DNA of 64,000 nucleotides, taken from contig NC_043005.1 in NCBI RefSeq assembly GCF_006345805.1, positions 52,824,001 to 52,888,000 on the forward strand. The letters run 5' to 3'. The translations under genes were made by a program, and so were the position numbers. Below the pieces are notes generated by a model. The model was not told the DNA's origin and ran no database searches. It worked only from the letters and a program-made list of their open reading frames with translations. Within the stretch, counting starts at the first letter, position 1; each line of letters opens with the position of its first letter. Source of the DNA: Octopus sinensis (Eukaryota). Below, one piece after another: positions 63,046 through 64,000 of the stretch.

Positions 63046-63194
63046 GGCGTTAGGAAGGGCATCCAGCTGTAGAAACACTGCCAGACTAGACTGGAGCCTG
63101 GGGCAGTCCCTAGCTCCCCAGACCCCGGTCGAAACCGTCCAACCCATGCTAGCGCGGAAAACGGACGTTAAACGATGATGATGATGATGATGAT
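63046..63194 (+). mobile_element. Family C (RTE tail), well preserved
   Basis: TTGGCGTTAGGAAGGGCATCCAGCTGTAGAAAC...GGACGTTAAACGATGATGATGATG. Confidence 0.85.
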
Positions 63195-64000
63195 TTTAGC
63201 ATATCAGTTGATAAACTTTGACCTATTGTTGTGCTAAAGAAATTAAACAAACTGCAAACCAAGTACAGATGGAATTAACAGATATTACTGATGGATATAA
63301 CTCCAACCACAACAAAGACTCAAATTTCAATAGTGTGATATGGTTAATAAAATTTGTCTTTTAATGTATGTAAGGGGTGATGGTGTCATAACATCGTCAC
63401 CTGCCACCACTCCCTTTTATAACATAACCCTCTACCTCAGTCCATTGAGTTTTATAACGTAACATCTATCTCTTATTATTTAACCCTTCTGTATCAGTTA
63501 TTGGTTTTAAACATGACTCTCGCCAAATGGACCGATGTCTAGATTTGGATTCAATGGCTTGTCAATTTGTGGTTGCCACTTATGATAGCTAGCGATACTT
63601 ACCCTCTACCCCATCCAATTCCTAACTAAGCCATACAAGTTATACCAACATTGGAAGGTACAAGACATTAACTGTGCAGGTGGAATCAAAGGTTATTCAT
63701 CTAAGAAAGCAGTAACTCTAAGTAAAACTGCAGAGTTAAGGGATCTATGTTGCAGAAAGTCTCTTTAGTGTCAGTGTTCCAGAAATTCTTCCAGAATATG
63801 ACGTTTCGAGAGAATGAAGGAACCATACCACAAATGACCATGGTTGATATGTGAACTCTGCAATCCATTATTATGTGTTATACATCTAGGATGTATAACA
63901 CTTACTCATGTGCTGGTGATACAATGGAACACACTTGGTTCATACTGTAAGATATACTTGGTTCATACTGTAAGATTAGTTGGTATTTTTTTTCTCTATT

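Noticed and set aside
63805-63830. GACGTTTCG (reverse complement CGAAACGTC, a hammerhead 3' half)
   Set aside because: No matching CUGANGA half was found at a suitable distance.

Overview
AT-rich, repeat-dense eukaryotic DNA. The SINE families resemble those I know from Octopus (cephalopod); that assignment is inference, not a database result. There are no prokaryotic features and no CRISPR array. One probable host protein-coding gene starts on the + strand: promoter-like region at ~8.2-9.5 kb, candidate first coding exon at 10249-10367, product not recognised. Most of the remaining 54 kb looks like intron filled with mobile DNA: tRNA-headed SINEs, RTE-type 3' ends with (GAT)n tails, a decayed CR1-group LINE (44.3-47.2 kb), Tc1/mariner remnants, TTAA-type and hAT-like MITEs, a non-autonomous Helitron and long (TA)n/(TATG)n microsatellites. 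Most ORFs in the supplied track are microsatellite or SINE artefacts. The headline observation is a set of sequence-unrelated small elements, mostly beside (TA)n runs and often fold-back, carrying minimal type-I hammerhead ribozyme folds. Their helix III is a different 8-nt palindrome in each element (ACAATTGT, ACACGTGT, ACAGCTGT, plus an AAATATTT variant). Other notable items are a Tc1-like transposase split by a GT-AG intron that hosts the Helitron, a duplicated promoter module, a 30-nt microexon candidate and a shared LINE/SINE 3' stem-loop. Repeat boundaries are read by eye and are approximate unless stated otherwise.
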